This document shows, piece by piece, positions 40,024 through 49,696 of a DNA stretch of 55,159 bases. The first letter of the stretch is position 1. Every line of letters begins with the position of its first letter. Location: contig JBGSVZ010000081.1 in NCBI GenBank assembly GCA_041752695.1, positions 1 to 55,159 on the forward strand, given 5' to 3'. A model generated the notes under the pieces. That model searched no databases and was not told where the DNA came from. It saw only the letters and a program-made list of their open reading frames with translations. The position numbers and the translations under genes were made by a program. The stretch comes from Terrimicrobiaceae bacterium (GTDB lineage Bacteria; Verrucomicrobiota; Verrucomicrobiia; Chthoniobacterales; Terrimicrobiaceae).

Positions 40024-42729
40024 ATGAAGGCCTTAACCCCACCCATCCTGATTCGGGCCACGTTGCTCGGTGCCCTTGTCTTGCTCGTCGTGTCGTCGGA
40101 ACTTCCCGCCGGAATCGACGGAAACAACAACCAGCAGAGTGATGTCTGGGAAATGGTGTATGGGGCGAGAAACCTCGCGGGCACAGGGGACGCGGATGGG
40201 GATTTGTTTTCCAATCAGTTGGAAAGTGCCGCGGGCACGAATCCCCTGGATGCCAGATCCTATCCGTCCCAAACGCTGGATCTTACGGAGCAAGGGGCCG
40301 CCGTGGTGGGCTGGCCGTCTCTGCCGGGCAAATTCTACGAAGTCGAGTATGGTCCCAGTCTGACCGGTTCGTCCTGGCAAATTCTTGCCACGGAGAGGGG
40401 GACAGGCGGTCGTTTCGAGGTTGAGGTCTCGCTGGCGGGCCTGCCGAAGGCGTTTTTCCGGGTGCGGACCGGGGATTTGGACAGCGATCTTGATGGGGTT
40501 TTCGACTGGGAGGAACTGGCAGTGGGTTTCGATCCCTTCAATGCGGCCACCGGGCGGTATTTTTGGGAAGCCACGCGAGATTGGGAGACTGGACCCTACC
40601 GTTCGGCGGACTACAACCGGATCGTCGAGGGAATGAACACCCCGAGTGTGGTGAACGTCGGGGTGGTGGAGTCGGAAGCCACCGTGGGGTGGCCTGATCC
40701 GGCCGTGGTGGCGATTCGCCGGGCGGGTGGGCTGGGGGCCTTGACTGTTCCGATCACGATCACTTCGACGGCGGTGCCGGGCACCGACTATACCACGGAT
40801 TCCACCACCACGGTCACCATCCCGGCGGGGGCCAGCGAAGCATTGGTGCAGTTCACGCCGGCGTCCACGGCGGCCTTCACTGCGAATCGCACCATCACGG
40901 TAAGCGCGGGCACCTCGGCCCTTTACACCCTGGGCACTCCGTCGGCGCAGACCATTACGCTCAAACCCCGTCTGCCTGGCAACAGGCCTTCGGAAAAGGC
41001 GGCGGCGCGATTTTTGGTGCAGGCGGCCTTCGGGGCGACGCCGGTGGAAATCGCCCGGGTGCAGGCCCTTGGCTTTGAGGGATGGATCGATGATCAATTT
41101 TCCCGGCCGATCAATTGGCATCAGCCGGACATGGAGGCGATTGACCAGCAGGTCGTGGCGGACAATCCCGAAGATCCCGAGGCCCGGGCCTATGGACATG
41201 ACTACCCTGTGACCTGGTGGAATCAGGCGATGAAGACGGGAAACACCGCCGACCCGCTCCGGCAGCGGGTGGCCTTCGCGTTGAGTCAGATCGCGGTGAT
41301 TTCGGATCGGGTGGATGTCATCGGATTTTATCCCGTTGCGATGGCCAACTATTACGACATGCTGCTGAAAAACGCCTTCGGCAGCTATCGGACGTTTCTT
41401 TACGATGTCACCTTGCACCCCTGCATGGGGGCATATCTGAGCCATTTGCGGAATGCCCGGGAAGACCCGGAGAATAATCTCTTTCCCGATGAAAACTATG
41501 CGCGGGAAATCATGCAGCTCTTTTCCATCGGTCTTTGGGAACTCAATCCCGATGGCAGCAAAAAACTCGGGCCCGGCGGCCAGCCGATTCCGACCTACAA
41601 CAACGCGACCATCCAGAATTTCGCGAAAGTTTTCACCGGGCTGACGCTGAAAAAAGCCGGGGGAAATCCCTCGCCCGACGTGAGGACGGCGGATTGGTAT
41701 TTCTGGACCGAGGAGGAAAACTACGCGGTGAATATGGAGATGTGGGACAGGGAAAACTGGGTCTATCGGGCGGACCGGGAATGGATCACGACGCACGAAT
41801 TTTATCACGACCGCAGTGCCAAGACGCTTCTCTCGGGCGTGACGTTGCCGGCTAATCAGCGGGGACTGAAGGATATTAGCGATGCCATCGATAATCTTTT
41901 CCAGCACCCGAACACCGGGCCGTTTGTGTGTCGGCAACTGATTCAACGTTTTGTCACTTCGAATCCCAGCCCGGGTTACATTCAACGCGTGGCGAATGTT
42001 TTCACCGCCAACAAGGCGAATCCCCAGCAAATGCGGTTGGTGATCAAGGCCATCCTGCTGGACCCCGAGGCGCGCGATCCGCTGATGATGGCGGATGAAA
42101 AATTTGGCAAACAGCGGGAGCCCTATCTGCGGATTGCGAATCTCGGCAAGGCGTTTAATGCAGCGGCGGCCAACGGGAAATTTGAGTTGCGGTATCTCGA
42201 CTACGCGACCTCACAGCGGCCGCTCAATTCGCCGAGTGTATTTAATTTTTACTTGCCCGATTACCAGCCGCCCGGCGTGATGGCGGAGCGGGGATTGTAT
42301 GGCCCGGAGTTTCAGATCACCAACGACATCACGGCGCTGTCCAATGCGAACTACGCGTATAGTTCCGTGGTGGGCTGGCGAGAATGGGACGGGGCTCCGA
42401 CGGCGAACTTTTACCCCGGGGACTTGAACATTTGGGGAAGCAACTATGATGAGGCGGACCCGCGCCACGATACCGATCTGGTGATCCCGGATTATACGAC
42501 GGAGATTGCCCTGGCGTCCGATCCGGACCGGCTGATCCAAAGGCTGAATCTTCTGCTGACCTATGGCAACCTCTCCACGACCCAGCACCGGATCATTCGT
42601 GAGGCGCTGGAGCGCATCACGCTGGATACCCACGGGCCGGATGGATACGAGTCCGACTATCTCAGGACCCGGGTGGAAACCGCGGTTTATCTCATTATCA
42701 CCTCACCGGAATTCTGCATTTTGAAATAA
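40024..42729 (+). CDS. DUF1800 domain-containing exported protein with Calx-beta/Ig-like domain
   Basis: AARFLVQAAFG, DPLRQRVAFALSQI.VIS, PDENYAREIMQLFSIGL, HPNTGPF...LIQRFVTSNPSP.YI.RV and SPSVFNFY.PDY. Confidence 0.92.
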   Translation: MKALTPPILIRATLLGALVLLVVSSELPAGIDGNNNQQSDVWEMVYGARNLAGTGDADGDLFSNQLESAAGTNPLDARSYPSQTLDLTEQGAAVVGWPSLPGKFYEVEYGPSLTGSSWQILATERGTGGRFEVEVSLAGLPKAFFRVRTGDLDSDLDGVFDWEELAVGFDPFNAATGRYFWEATRDWETGPYRSADYNRIVEGMNTPSVVNVGVVESEATVGWPDPAVVAIRRAGGLGALTVPITITSTAVPGTDYTTDSTTTVTIPAGASEALVQFTPASTAAFTANRTITVSAGTSALYTLGTPSAQTITLKPRLPGNRPSEKAAARFLVQAAFGATPVEIARVQALGFEGWIDDQFSRPINWHQPDMEAIDQQVVADNPEDPEARAYGHDYPVTWWNQAMKTGNTADPLRQRVAFALSQIAVISDRVDVIGFYPVAMANYYDMLLKNAFGSYRTFLYDVTLHPCMGAYLSHLRNAREDPENNLFPDENYAREIMQLFSIGLWELNPDGSKKLGPGGQPIPTYNNATIQNFAKVFTGLTLKKAGGNPSPDVRTADWYFWTEEENYAVNMEMWDRENWVYRADREWITTHEFYHDRSAKTLLSGVTLPANQRGLKDISDAIDNLFQHPNTGPFVCRQLIQRFVTSNPSPGYIQRVANVFTANKANPQQMRLVIKAILLDPEARDPLMMADEKFGKQREPYLRIANLGKAFNAAAANGKFELRYLDYATSQRPLNSPSVFNFYLPDYQPPGVMAERGLYGPEFQITNDITALSNANYAYSSVVGWREWDGAPTANFYPGDLNIWGSNYDEADPRHDTDLVIPDYTTEIALASDPDRLIQRLNLLLTYGNLSTTQHRIIREALERITLDTHGPDGYESDYLRTRVETAVYLIITSPEFCILK

Positions 42730-42731
42730 CG

Positions 42732-44189
42732 ATGAAAGCGCAACCCAAAGGCCTCACCCGGCGGAAATTCATCGGCCAATCCAGTTGTGCTGCGGTCGGG
42801 AGCATAGCCCTGATTAACACGCTGCTGAATTTGCGCCTGATGAACTCGGCGGCGGGACAGACCACGGGCGATGGCTACAAGGCCATGGTCTGCCTGTTTC
42901 TGGCGGGCGGCAACGATTCGTTCAACATGCTGGTGCCCCGGGACGCGGGGCGCTACGACGAGTACCGGGTCATCCGGGGAGGGACCTATAATGCCACGGC
43001 CACTTCCGGAGGACTGGCTCTGCCTAATGCCGGTGAACTGGGCGGCATTCTGCCGGTCACGACCCTCAATGCGACAGCGGGACGGGAGTTTGGCCTTCAC
43101 CCTTCGATGACGCGGCTGCGGGATCTTTATCAGGCGGGGAACGCCTGTTTTGTGGCGAATGTGGGGTCGCTGATTCAGCCCGGGATGACCAAGGCGATGC
43201 ACGATGCAGGCATCAATGTGCCATTCGGATTGTACTCCCACGCCGACCAGATCGAACAGTGGCAGACGTCATTTCCCGAGGGTCGCTCGACCATTGGATG
43301 GGCCGGACGAGCGGCGGATTTGCTGCAAAGCATGAATGCGGACAACGGTCTTTCCATGAATATTTCGCTGGGTGGGAGCAATACCTGGCAGACAGGCAAC
43401 ACCGTTTTTCAATACGGCCTCAGTCCTTACGGCGTCAGCGAACTGGACGGCTACGAATACGAATGGGATCGGGAGGCCTGGGGACTTAGTCCGATTCGCG
43501 GGGCGGCGGTAGACAGTCAGCTGGCAATGGACTACAAAAATTTGCTCGAACAGACCTACGCGCGGAAATCCCGCAAAGCAATTGAGGCTTATAAAATTTT
43601 CCAAACCGCCACCGAGCCGGAGTTGCCTGGAGGAGTGGTTTTTCCGAATACTTATGTGGGAAACAGCTTCCGCATGGCGGCGAAGACGATTGCCGGACGT
43701 GGAGTGCTCGGCGCGCAGCGGCAGACGTTTTTTATTCAGGCGGGTGGGTGGGATCACCATGACGAAGTGATCGGCAACCAGCAGGAAATGCTCGGTGAGA
43801 TCAGCGATGCGGTTGGGGCGTTTTACGAGGCCCTCACCGCGCTGGGTTTGCAGGATCAGGTGGTCACTTTTACGGCCTCGGACTTTGGCCGCACGCTGAC
43901 TTCCAATGGACGGGGATCCGACCATGCATGGGGCGGGAATCATTTTGTGGTCGGGGGTGCGGTGAATGGCCAGAGGGTCTTCGGGGAGTACCCGCAATTG
44001 TTTGAAGACAATCCCCTGGATACGGGCCGGGGGCGGTTGATTCCGACCACATCGGTGGACGCCTATTTCGCCGAACTTGCCTTGTGGTTTGGCGTGGCCA
44101 AGTCGAGTCTGCCGCTGGTGGTTCCCAATATTTCACGTTTCTACAACACGGGGTCGAGTGCCCCGCCGGTCGGATTTCTGAGCGCATGA
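42732..44189 (+). CDS. DUF1501 domain-containing Tat-exported protein
   Basis: TRRKFI twin-arginine signal, YKAMVCLFLAGGNDSFN, SHADQ..QWQ, GGWDHH and SDFGRTL.SNG.GSDHAWG. Confidence 0.93.
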   Translation: MKAQPKGLTRRKFIGQSSCAAVGSIALINTLLNLRLMNSAAGQTTGDGYKAMVCLFLAGGNDSFNMLVPRDAGRYDEYRVIRGGTYNATATSGGLALPNAGELGGILPVTTLNATAGREFGLHPSMTRLRDLYQAGNACFVANVGSLIQPGMTKAMHDAGINVPFGLYSHADQIEQWQTSFPEGRSTIGWAGRAADLLQSMNADNGLSMNISLGGSNTWQTGNTVFQYGLSPYGVSELDGYEYEWDREAWGLSPIRGAAVDSQLAMDYKNLLEQTYARKSRKAIEAYKIFQTATEPELPGGVVFPNTYVGNSFRMAAKTIAGRGVLGAQRQTFFIQAGGWDHHDEVIGNQQEMLGEISDAVGAFYEALTALGLQDQVVTFTASDFGRTLTSNGRGSDHAWGGNHFVVGGAVNGQRVFGEYPQLFEDNPLDTGRGRLIPTTSVDAYFAELALWFGVAKSSLPLVVPNISRFYNTGSSAPPVGFLSA

Positions 44190-44731
44190 ACCACCGCTGG
44201 GTGGCGGGTGGCATGGCGGTTGGGGTGATTGCGGTTGCAGCGGTTTTTTGGGTTGTGCGGCAAACGCCTGATTCTACGCCGGCGCCGGTAGAGGCGAAAA
44301 GTTCTCCGGCACCCGCGGAGGGGGAGGGGCGACGTTCGATCTCGATCTATCAACTGGCAACGCCGTCGGTGAGTCCGCCGGAAAAGGTCCGGCGGGTTTA
44401 TTCCCTGGTGCAGAACTACCGTCAGGTCCTGCGCAATCGTGGCGGGCCGCCATTGAGTTCGAACCGCGAATTTACCACGGCGCTCACGGGCCGCAATGCG
44501 CTCAAAATTCAATTCCTGCCTCCGGATCATCCTTCGATCAGTGGAGACGGAGAGCTGTTGGACGCCTGGGACACGCCGTATTTTTTCCATGTCCTCTCCG
44601 CCGATTCCCTTGAGGTGCGATCCGCCGGGTCCGACCGGGTTTCCTTCAATGCCGACGATCTGGTTTTTCCCCCGCCGCGGCCTGGGGATTCGCTCCAGAG
44701 CGTCATTCGCTCCAAGCCGACGGCGCCTTGA
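44186..44731 (+). CDS. Hypothetical membrane-anchored protein with a GspG-like C-terminal motif
   Basis: ATGA overlap with the DUF1501 stop, N-terminal TM helix, and LLDAWDTPY...EVRSAGSD....ADD resembling the T2SS G C-terminal motif. Confidence 0.75.
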   Translation: MNHRWVAGGMAVGVIAVAAVFWVVRQTPDSTPAPVEAKSSPAPAEGEGRRSISIYQLATPSVSPPEKVRRVYSLVQNYRQVLRNRGGPPLSSNREFTTALTGRNALKIQFLPPDHPSISGDGELLDAWDTPYFFHVLSADSLEVRSAGSDRVSFNADDLVFPPPRPGDSLQSVIRSKPTAP

Positions 44732-44887
44732 AACGCTCAGACGAATGGGTTGACGACTCTCACGGCGTCAGCGATTACCAGCGGACGGGCGAGGCGGAGT
44801 TCTGGTAAAACTCCTGCGCAACTTGCGGGGAGAAGGGGAGTCCGGTGCCCTCGCCGACCAAGGCGGTGACGCGGCGGCGAATACCGT

Positions 44888-47800
44888 TCAGAATTTTTTA
44901 GTAACTTTCACACGGAGAAAACGCTTGCCTCCCGAGGGCAGGGGGGCGGTGTAGCGGAAAACCGTTTTTCCTTCGGCGAGCAGATGTTCCTGCGAGAAGG
45001 CACTGGGTGAGCCTGTCCAGATTCGTTCCCCGCTGGAGGCGAAGAGCATGCCTTCCAGGGTCCATTTGATGAGGTCGATGGAAGATTGGATCTCAAACGA
45101 GAGGTCGGACGGAAAAGAGAGCGGCGTGTGAAAGGTGAGTTCCACCGCGTTGGCGGTTCCTTCGGAAGGAGCCAAAACCGGCAGTCCGAAGCTACCGTCG
45201 GCTCCCGTTGGGTCCAGGGTAAATGCCCGTTCAATCTGGTTTACCAGACCGTCGCCGTCGGGATCTTCCGCGGGAGCAGCGGCCCCAGTCTCGCCGTCCT
45301 CCGACGGGAAATTACGAGTCAGCCACGCGTCGAGTTGCGATACGACGGAGATGGTAAAATCCCTGCGGTTGGAAATTCCAAGAGTGTTCGTCGCCTCGAT
45401 CTGGAAGGTGATTTCCGGCGGGGATCCCAGACCATTGGCCAGCTTGATAGTTGTTCCTTCGAGGATCAGAGATGGGGACGGGTAATCGACAAGGGTAAAC
45501 GATGCCATGCCAAAAGGGTCCGCGGCCGCCACCTCGCCAATAACCGTGCCTTGGGGAAGATTTTCCCCAACCTCGCTGGCCGTGAACGAGATGGGTCGCG
45601 GTCCGTCGATGAGCGGGTTGGCCCGATAGCCGCTGGCCCCCAGAGAGGACACGGGGTTGAGCAGGTACGTTGGACGGACCACCGAAAACAGCTCGCGGCT
45701 GGATCCGGATTGCGCCGACAGCCATAAGCGACTCTTATGGACGGTCAGGCTGCGCGGGTTGGTTGCAAACCCGACGATCGCGGCCTGGGAACTCACTTCC
45801 GGAGTCAGGCGGACGAGCCGACGCTCTCCATTCTGCAGCGCGGAAAAATAAAGTGCGCCGCCCGTTTCGAGAAAGTCGGCGGGATCGGACAGGAAACCTG
45901 TGGAAAATGCGCTCCAGCTGGATGCGAGCTTTCTCAGAACCTGCGGGGAATCGCCGGCCGTGATGGCGAGAAGCTGGCTGCGATACCGGCGGAGCGCCGT
46001 CACTTCCTGAAGGTTCCCCGGGACAGGGATGAAACCGGAATAATCGCCCACCACGACCACGTCGCCAGCCGCCTCGAAATCTTCCGCAATGGCGTAGAGC
46101 GTTGAGCCTAGAGAAACAAAACTGTGCAGTCCGGGCCTCGTGCCAACGAACCAGGCTCCGATCTGCTCCGGGCTCGCGGCGACGTGCGGAAGGGAGTAGA
46201 CCGCCTCGTAGTCGTTCCAGCGTGCGGTAAAATACAGCCGGCCTTTATGGGCGACCATTTCCCCAAACGTTTCGGCCTCCATCACAGGCCAGGTCTGACC
46301 GGTGCGGGGATCGTGGGAAAAAAGGGCACGAAGGCCCGACGCGGTTTCGTATTCGAAAAAAGCGGCCTCGCCCCATTCCTTCCGGAAGTGGACGCCGGAA
46401 GGCACCGCCGGGACGATCGGAAAGGGGGAAAACTGCGGTGAGGTTGTTGGGTTCTGGGAAATCAGGCCCGTATTGTCCGGGTTTCGAAAATAGAGGGTAT
46501 TGCTGGCCTGAGCGATCGACGGGCCCAACCCCGTCCCGAAGGTTCCCTGCCCGAACGGGCCGTTCCAAACCGTCATCGGATCGCCATTTTCGTCCGTCTC
46601 ATCCGTGAGGAGATATCCCTGAAAGGCGCGGATATTCCCGGGATCCTGAAATGCCGCCCAAACGTCGGTGACGGAATTGCTGGAATGCATCACTCCGCAG
46701 AGAAAACGCAGGTCACCGAACTTTGTTGTAAAAACGGTCCGGTCGTTCCAGACGCCGATGTCTTCCGGGAAAGAAATGTGCTGGGAGCCAAGCGGCCCGG
46801 GGCCGATCTGCCAGGGAGCGCTTCCATCGCTCGCGAAAAGTGTCCGGGTCGTCGCATCCGGATTGGCCGCGAAAAGGAAGAGCGGTCCCTGCGCCTCGCC
46901 CGAGGCGAAGAGGATGCGGGTATGCGAATTCAGCGGAGTGGAGGTTATCTGACCGGTTTGGGATTCGGCCCAGAGATTTTCGGAAGTCGCCACGTAAAAG
47001 AAATCCCGGCCGGCTCCCACGCCGGTGGGGGAAAGAAAGACATTTTCAACGAAGGGGGTGAAGTCGGGTCCGTCGGGATCCAGGCGGAGATACGGATTAA
47101 ATCCCCCACTTTGGGCGCCGCAAAGACGGAGGGATTCGCCCCGCACGGCCGGAAGGCCAAACGTTGCTGCGGGGAACTGCTCCGGACTGAACTGGTAGAA
47201 CTGCGGTTCGAAAAGCTTGAAGGCAAGAAAGCGCATGGAATACGCGCCGCCGGCCCACCATACCCCGCGTGCCCCGGCGAGAACCAGCCCGTCGTTTCCA
47301 GGCATGTCCTTGTCTGGATACTGCTGAACGTTCGGTGCGTCCACGCTGGAGGAGAACAGGCCCTTGGTTCCGTCCGGACGGATTATCGTCCAGGCGCCTC
47401 TGCCCTGGCTGGCGACAATCGGCCCCGTCGTTCCCGAGATCTGATGGACGATGGCGGTTTCCGATCCCACCACGTTTTTTCGAATGATACGGGAGCCCGC
47501 AGGGGAGAGAAAATCCGTTGCGGCCAACCAAACCCACCCCTGGTCGACGGCCATGCCGGTGATCCGCCCATTGGGGTGAATGAGCGTGCTGGCAGGAGGG
47601 GCCATCAGGCCGGATCGGAAAAGAACGGCATCGCCGCCCGGGGAGGTCCCAAAATTCACCGCCCAGAAGGCTTCCTGATTTTCGACGGCCAGAGCGACCG
47701 GCACTCCGCCTTGCTGGGAGATCACGATGGTGCTGGGGGAAAGATTGTCGGTGCGGGAGAGACTAGAGCTACTTCCAGAGGTGACGCTCCAATACACCAC

Positions 47801-48187
47801 TTGACCGTCGCCCACGAGGTGGGAAGTGGACGCATTTGTTCCAGAAAATTTCCCCACCTCCATCAGGCCGCTCGTTCCCGGAGAAAACCGCAGGAGCCGC
47901 GTTCCCGACGCGTTGTTCACCGCCCAGAATGCGGCGCCGCCGCAAACGGTGAGTCCGGCGGACGTTCCGCTTTCTTGCGTCAGAACCGCGGCGGAAAGGG
48001 GGGCGTGCTTGATGCGCAGGAGTTGGGTCGAACCGTTGGCGTCGGCCGCGGCAAAAACGACCTCGCTCGAAAAGCCGTGCGCCGCGAAAGGAACTGCCGC
48101 AGCCGCCAGGACGAAAAAAAAGCCAACCCGGCACGCGAGTCGAAGGGAGCCCCAGGGAAATTGGACAAAAGCGGCCATCTTGTTCAC
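44888..48187 (-). CDS. Large secreted beta-propeller-like surface protein with cadherin-like domain and C-terminal DPDGDG module
   Basis: Signal peptide, repeated (V/A)(Y/F)W(S/A)V and LYF(T/S)A blades, ENLPQGTVIGEV.A.D cadherin-like motif, and C-terminal EDPDGDGLVNQIE...SIDLIKW...RFLRVKV. Confidence 0.8.
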   Translation of the reverse strand: MNKMAAFVQFPWGSLRLACRVGFFFVLAAAAVPFAAHGFSSEVVFAAADANGSTQLLRIKHAPLSAAVLTQESGTSAGLTVCGGAAFWAVNNASGTRLLRFSPGTSGLMEVGKFSGTNASTSHLVGDGQVVYWSVTSGSSSSLSRTDNLSPSTIVISQQGGVPVALAVENQEAFWAVNFGTSPGGDAVLFRSGLMAPPASTLIHPNGRITGMAVDQGWVWLAATDFLSPAGSRIIRKNVVGSETAIVHQISGTTGPIVASQGRGAWTIIRPDGTKGLFSSSVDAPNVQQYPDKDMPGNDGLVLAGARGVWWAGGAYSMRFLAFKLFEPQFYQFSPEQFPAATFGLPAVRGESLRLCGAQSGGFNPYLRLDPDGPDFTPFVENVFLSPTGVGAGRDFFYVATSENLWAESQTGQITSTPLNSHTRILFASGEAQGPLFLFAANPDATTRTLFASDGSAPWQIGPGPLGSQHISFPEDIGVWNDRTVFTTKFGDLRFLCGVMHSSNSVTDVWAAFQDPGNIRAFQGYLLTDETDENGDPMTVWNGPFGQGTFGTGLGPSIAQASNTLYFRNPDNTGLISQNPTTSPQFSPFPIVPAVPSGVHFRKEWGEAAFFEYETASGLRALFSHDPRTGQTWPVMEAETFGEMVAHKGRLYFTARWNDYEAVYSLPHVAASPEQIGAWFVGTRPGLHSFVSLGSTLYAIAEDFEAAGDVVVVGDYSGFIPVPGNLQEVTALRRYRSQLLAITAGDSPQVLRKLASSWSAFSTGFLSDPADFLETGGALYFSALQNGERRLVRLTPEVSSQAAIVGFATNPRSLTVHKSRLWLSAQSGSSRELFSVVRPTYLLNPVSSLGASGYRANPLIDGPRPISFTASEVGENLPQGTVIGEVAAADPFGMASFTLVDYPSPSLILEGTTIKLANGLGSPPEITFQIEATNTLGISNRRDFTISVVSQLDAWLTRNFPSEDGETGAAAPAEDPDGDGLVNQIERAFTLDPTGADGSFGLPVLAPSEGTANAVELTFHTPLSFPSDLSFEIQSSIDLIKWTLEGMLFASSGERIWTGSPSAFSQEHLLAEGKTVFRYTAPLPSGGKRFLRVKVTKKF

Positions 48188-48244
48188 GATGAGCCTACAG
48201 AAAACTTTCGCTTTTGGCGATTCAATAGCGCCGACTGGACCGGA

Positions 48245-49477
48245 TCATCTTGCGCGGAGGGAACTGACGCTGGTGAGGATGCCGGCGATCATGGAATAAG
48301 CGACGACGCCGACGAAGAGGGCGACGAGGAGGATGATGGCGGGCTGGATCAGGGTGGTGAGGTGGGTGATTTTGGTGGTCAGTTCACGGTCGAACCGCCG
48401 GGCGGCGCGCTCCAGGGCGGAGGCGATGTCGCCGGTTTTTTCCCCCACGCCGAGAATGTCGAGCAAGGCGACGGGAAAGACGCCGGTGCGGCGCATGGCG
48501 GTGGCGAGTCCGGTGCCTTCGCCGACCATGGCGGTGACGCGGGTGAGGGTTTCGCGAAGATAGACGTTGGTGGTGGCGGGGTGGAGAAGGTGCAGGCCTT
48601 GGAGGAGGGGCACGCCGTTGGAGACGACGGTCGCGAGGGTTTGCAAAGACTCGGCCAGAAAGCGGGCTCGGAGCACGGGTCCGACCACGGGAAGGTCGAG
48701 GACGCGGCGGTGCCACCAGGCGCGGCCCACTGGCGTGCGGACGGCGGCGCGAATGAGGAGAACGGTTGCGCCCACAAACGCGGCGATGGCCCACCACCAC
48801 TTGCCGCAGAAGGTGCTGACCGCGATGAGGATCTTGGTGACGAGCGGGAGTTCCTGCCCGGTCTTGCCGAGGAGGACCGACAGTTGGGGCACCAGAAAGG
48901 TCAGGAAGACAAACATCAGCACAATGGCCGAGGCGAAGACGATGCTGGGGTAGAGGAGGGAGGACGTCACGCGGCGGCGGAGGTCGTCGATGAGCGTGAG
49001 ATAGACGCACTGGCGTTTGAGAATTTGCGGCAGGGCACCGCTCGCCTCGCCGGCGGCCGCGAGGCTGCAATAGAGCGCGTTGAACGACGACCCGCAGCCC
49101 CGCAGTGCGTCGGAAAAACTCACGCCCTCGCGCACGCGGCGGCGCAGCTGCACGGCGACGTCTTTGACCGGGGAGTTCTCCGGCCTTTGTTCGATCACGC
49201 CCAGCGCGCCTTCGAGCTGGAGGCCCGCTTCGAGGAGTTCGGCAATTTCTTCGGTAAAGGACAGAACCTGGGCGGTGGTGAGGCGTCCGGAAAATTCCGC
49301 CCGTGGGGATTTGCCACGCGTGGCGGGGGAGGATTTGCCTCCGCCTTCCTCGACGGAACTGGGTTGAAATCCACGGGCTCGCAGGAGGCGGTAGGCTTCC
49401 ACCCGGGAAGCCGCCTGAATTTCCCCCGAGACAGTCGCGCCACCGTGGTCGAGGGCTTGATAGAAAAAGGCCGGCAT
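48245..49477 (-). CDS. gspF: Type II secretion system inner-membrane platform protein F (GspF/PilC family)
   Basis: MPAFFYQALD, LLEAGLQL, AAGEASGAL, LLYPSIV, GVPLLQGL, VGEKTG and LIQP.II. Confidence 0.93.
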   Translation of the reverse strand: MPAFFYQALDHGGATVSGEIQAASRVEAYRLLRARGFQPSSVEEGGGKSSPATRGKSPRAEFSGRLTTAQVLSFTEEIAELLEAGLQLEGALGVIEQRPENSPVKDVAVQLRRRVREGVSFSDALRGCGSSFNALYCSLAAAGEASGALPQILKRQCVYLTLIDDLRRRVTSSLLYPSIVFASAIVLMFVFLTFLVPQLSVLLGKTGQELPLVTKILIAVSTFCGKWWWAIAAFVGATVLLIRAAVRTPVGRAWWHRRVLDLPVVGPVLRARFLAESLQTLATVVSNGVPLLQGLHLLHPATTNVYLRETLTRVTAMVGEGTGLATAMRRTGVFPVALLDILGVGEKTGDIASALERAARRFDRELTTKITHLTTLIQPAIILLVALFVGVVAYSMIAGILTSVSSLRAR

Positions 49478-49488
49478 GGCAGGAAGAT

Positions 49489-49679
49489 TTTACAGAAGGT
49501 AACGAAGATAACAAAGGGGGAAAGGCTTACACTAATATTGGGCCTCAATTTTGGTCTGGCTCGCGGGGGAATTGTGGCTTTCCATTTGTCCTCGATTCTT
49601 CGCGGCGGTTGCCTCCCGGCTACACTTTCGACTTCCCAGGCATGGGTCTGCGCTGGCGCGCTGGTGTTCCTTCTGTAAA
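49489..49679. repeat. 191-bp intergenic element bounded by 11-bp perfect inverted repeats (REP/MITE-like)
   Basis: TTTACAGAAGG (49489-49499) and CCTTCTGTAAA (49669-49679), between gspE and gspF. Confidence 0.55.
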
Positions 49680-49696
49680 CTCAACTCCGTTCCCGG

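Noticed and set aside
40033..42030. 665-aa minus-strand ORF, and similar long antisense ORFs at 6519-7736, 20557-21738 and 52632-53810
   Set aside because: They lie opposite well-supported genes, as expected from codon bias.
46685..49678. 997-aa plus-strand ORF
   Set aside because: It is the antisense shadow of gspF and the beta-propeller gene in GC-rich DNA, with Arg/Gly-rich low-information sequence and no motifs.
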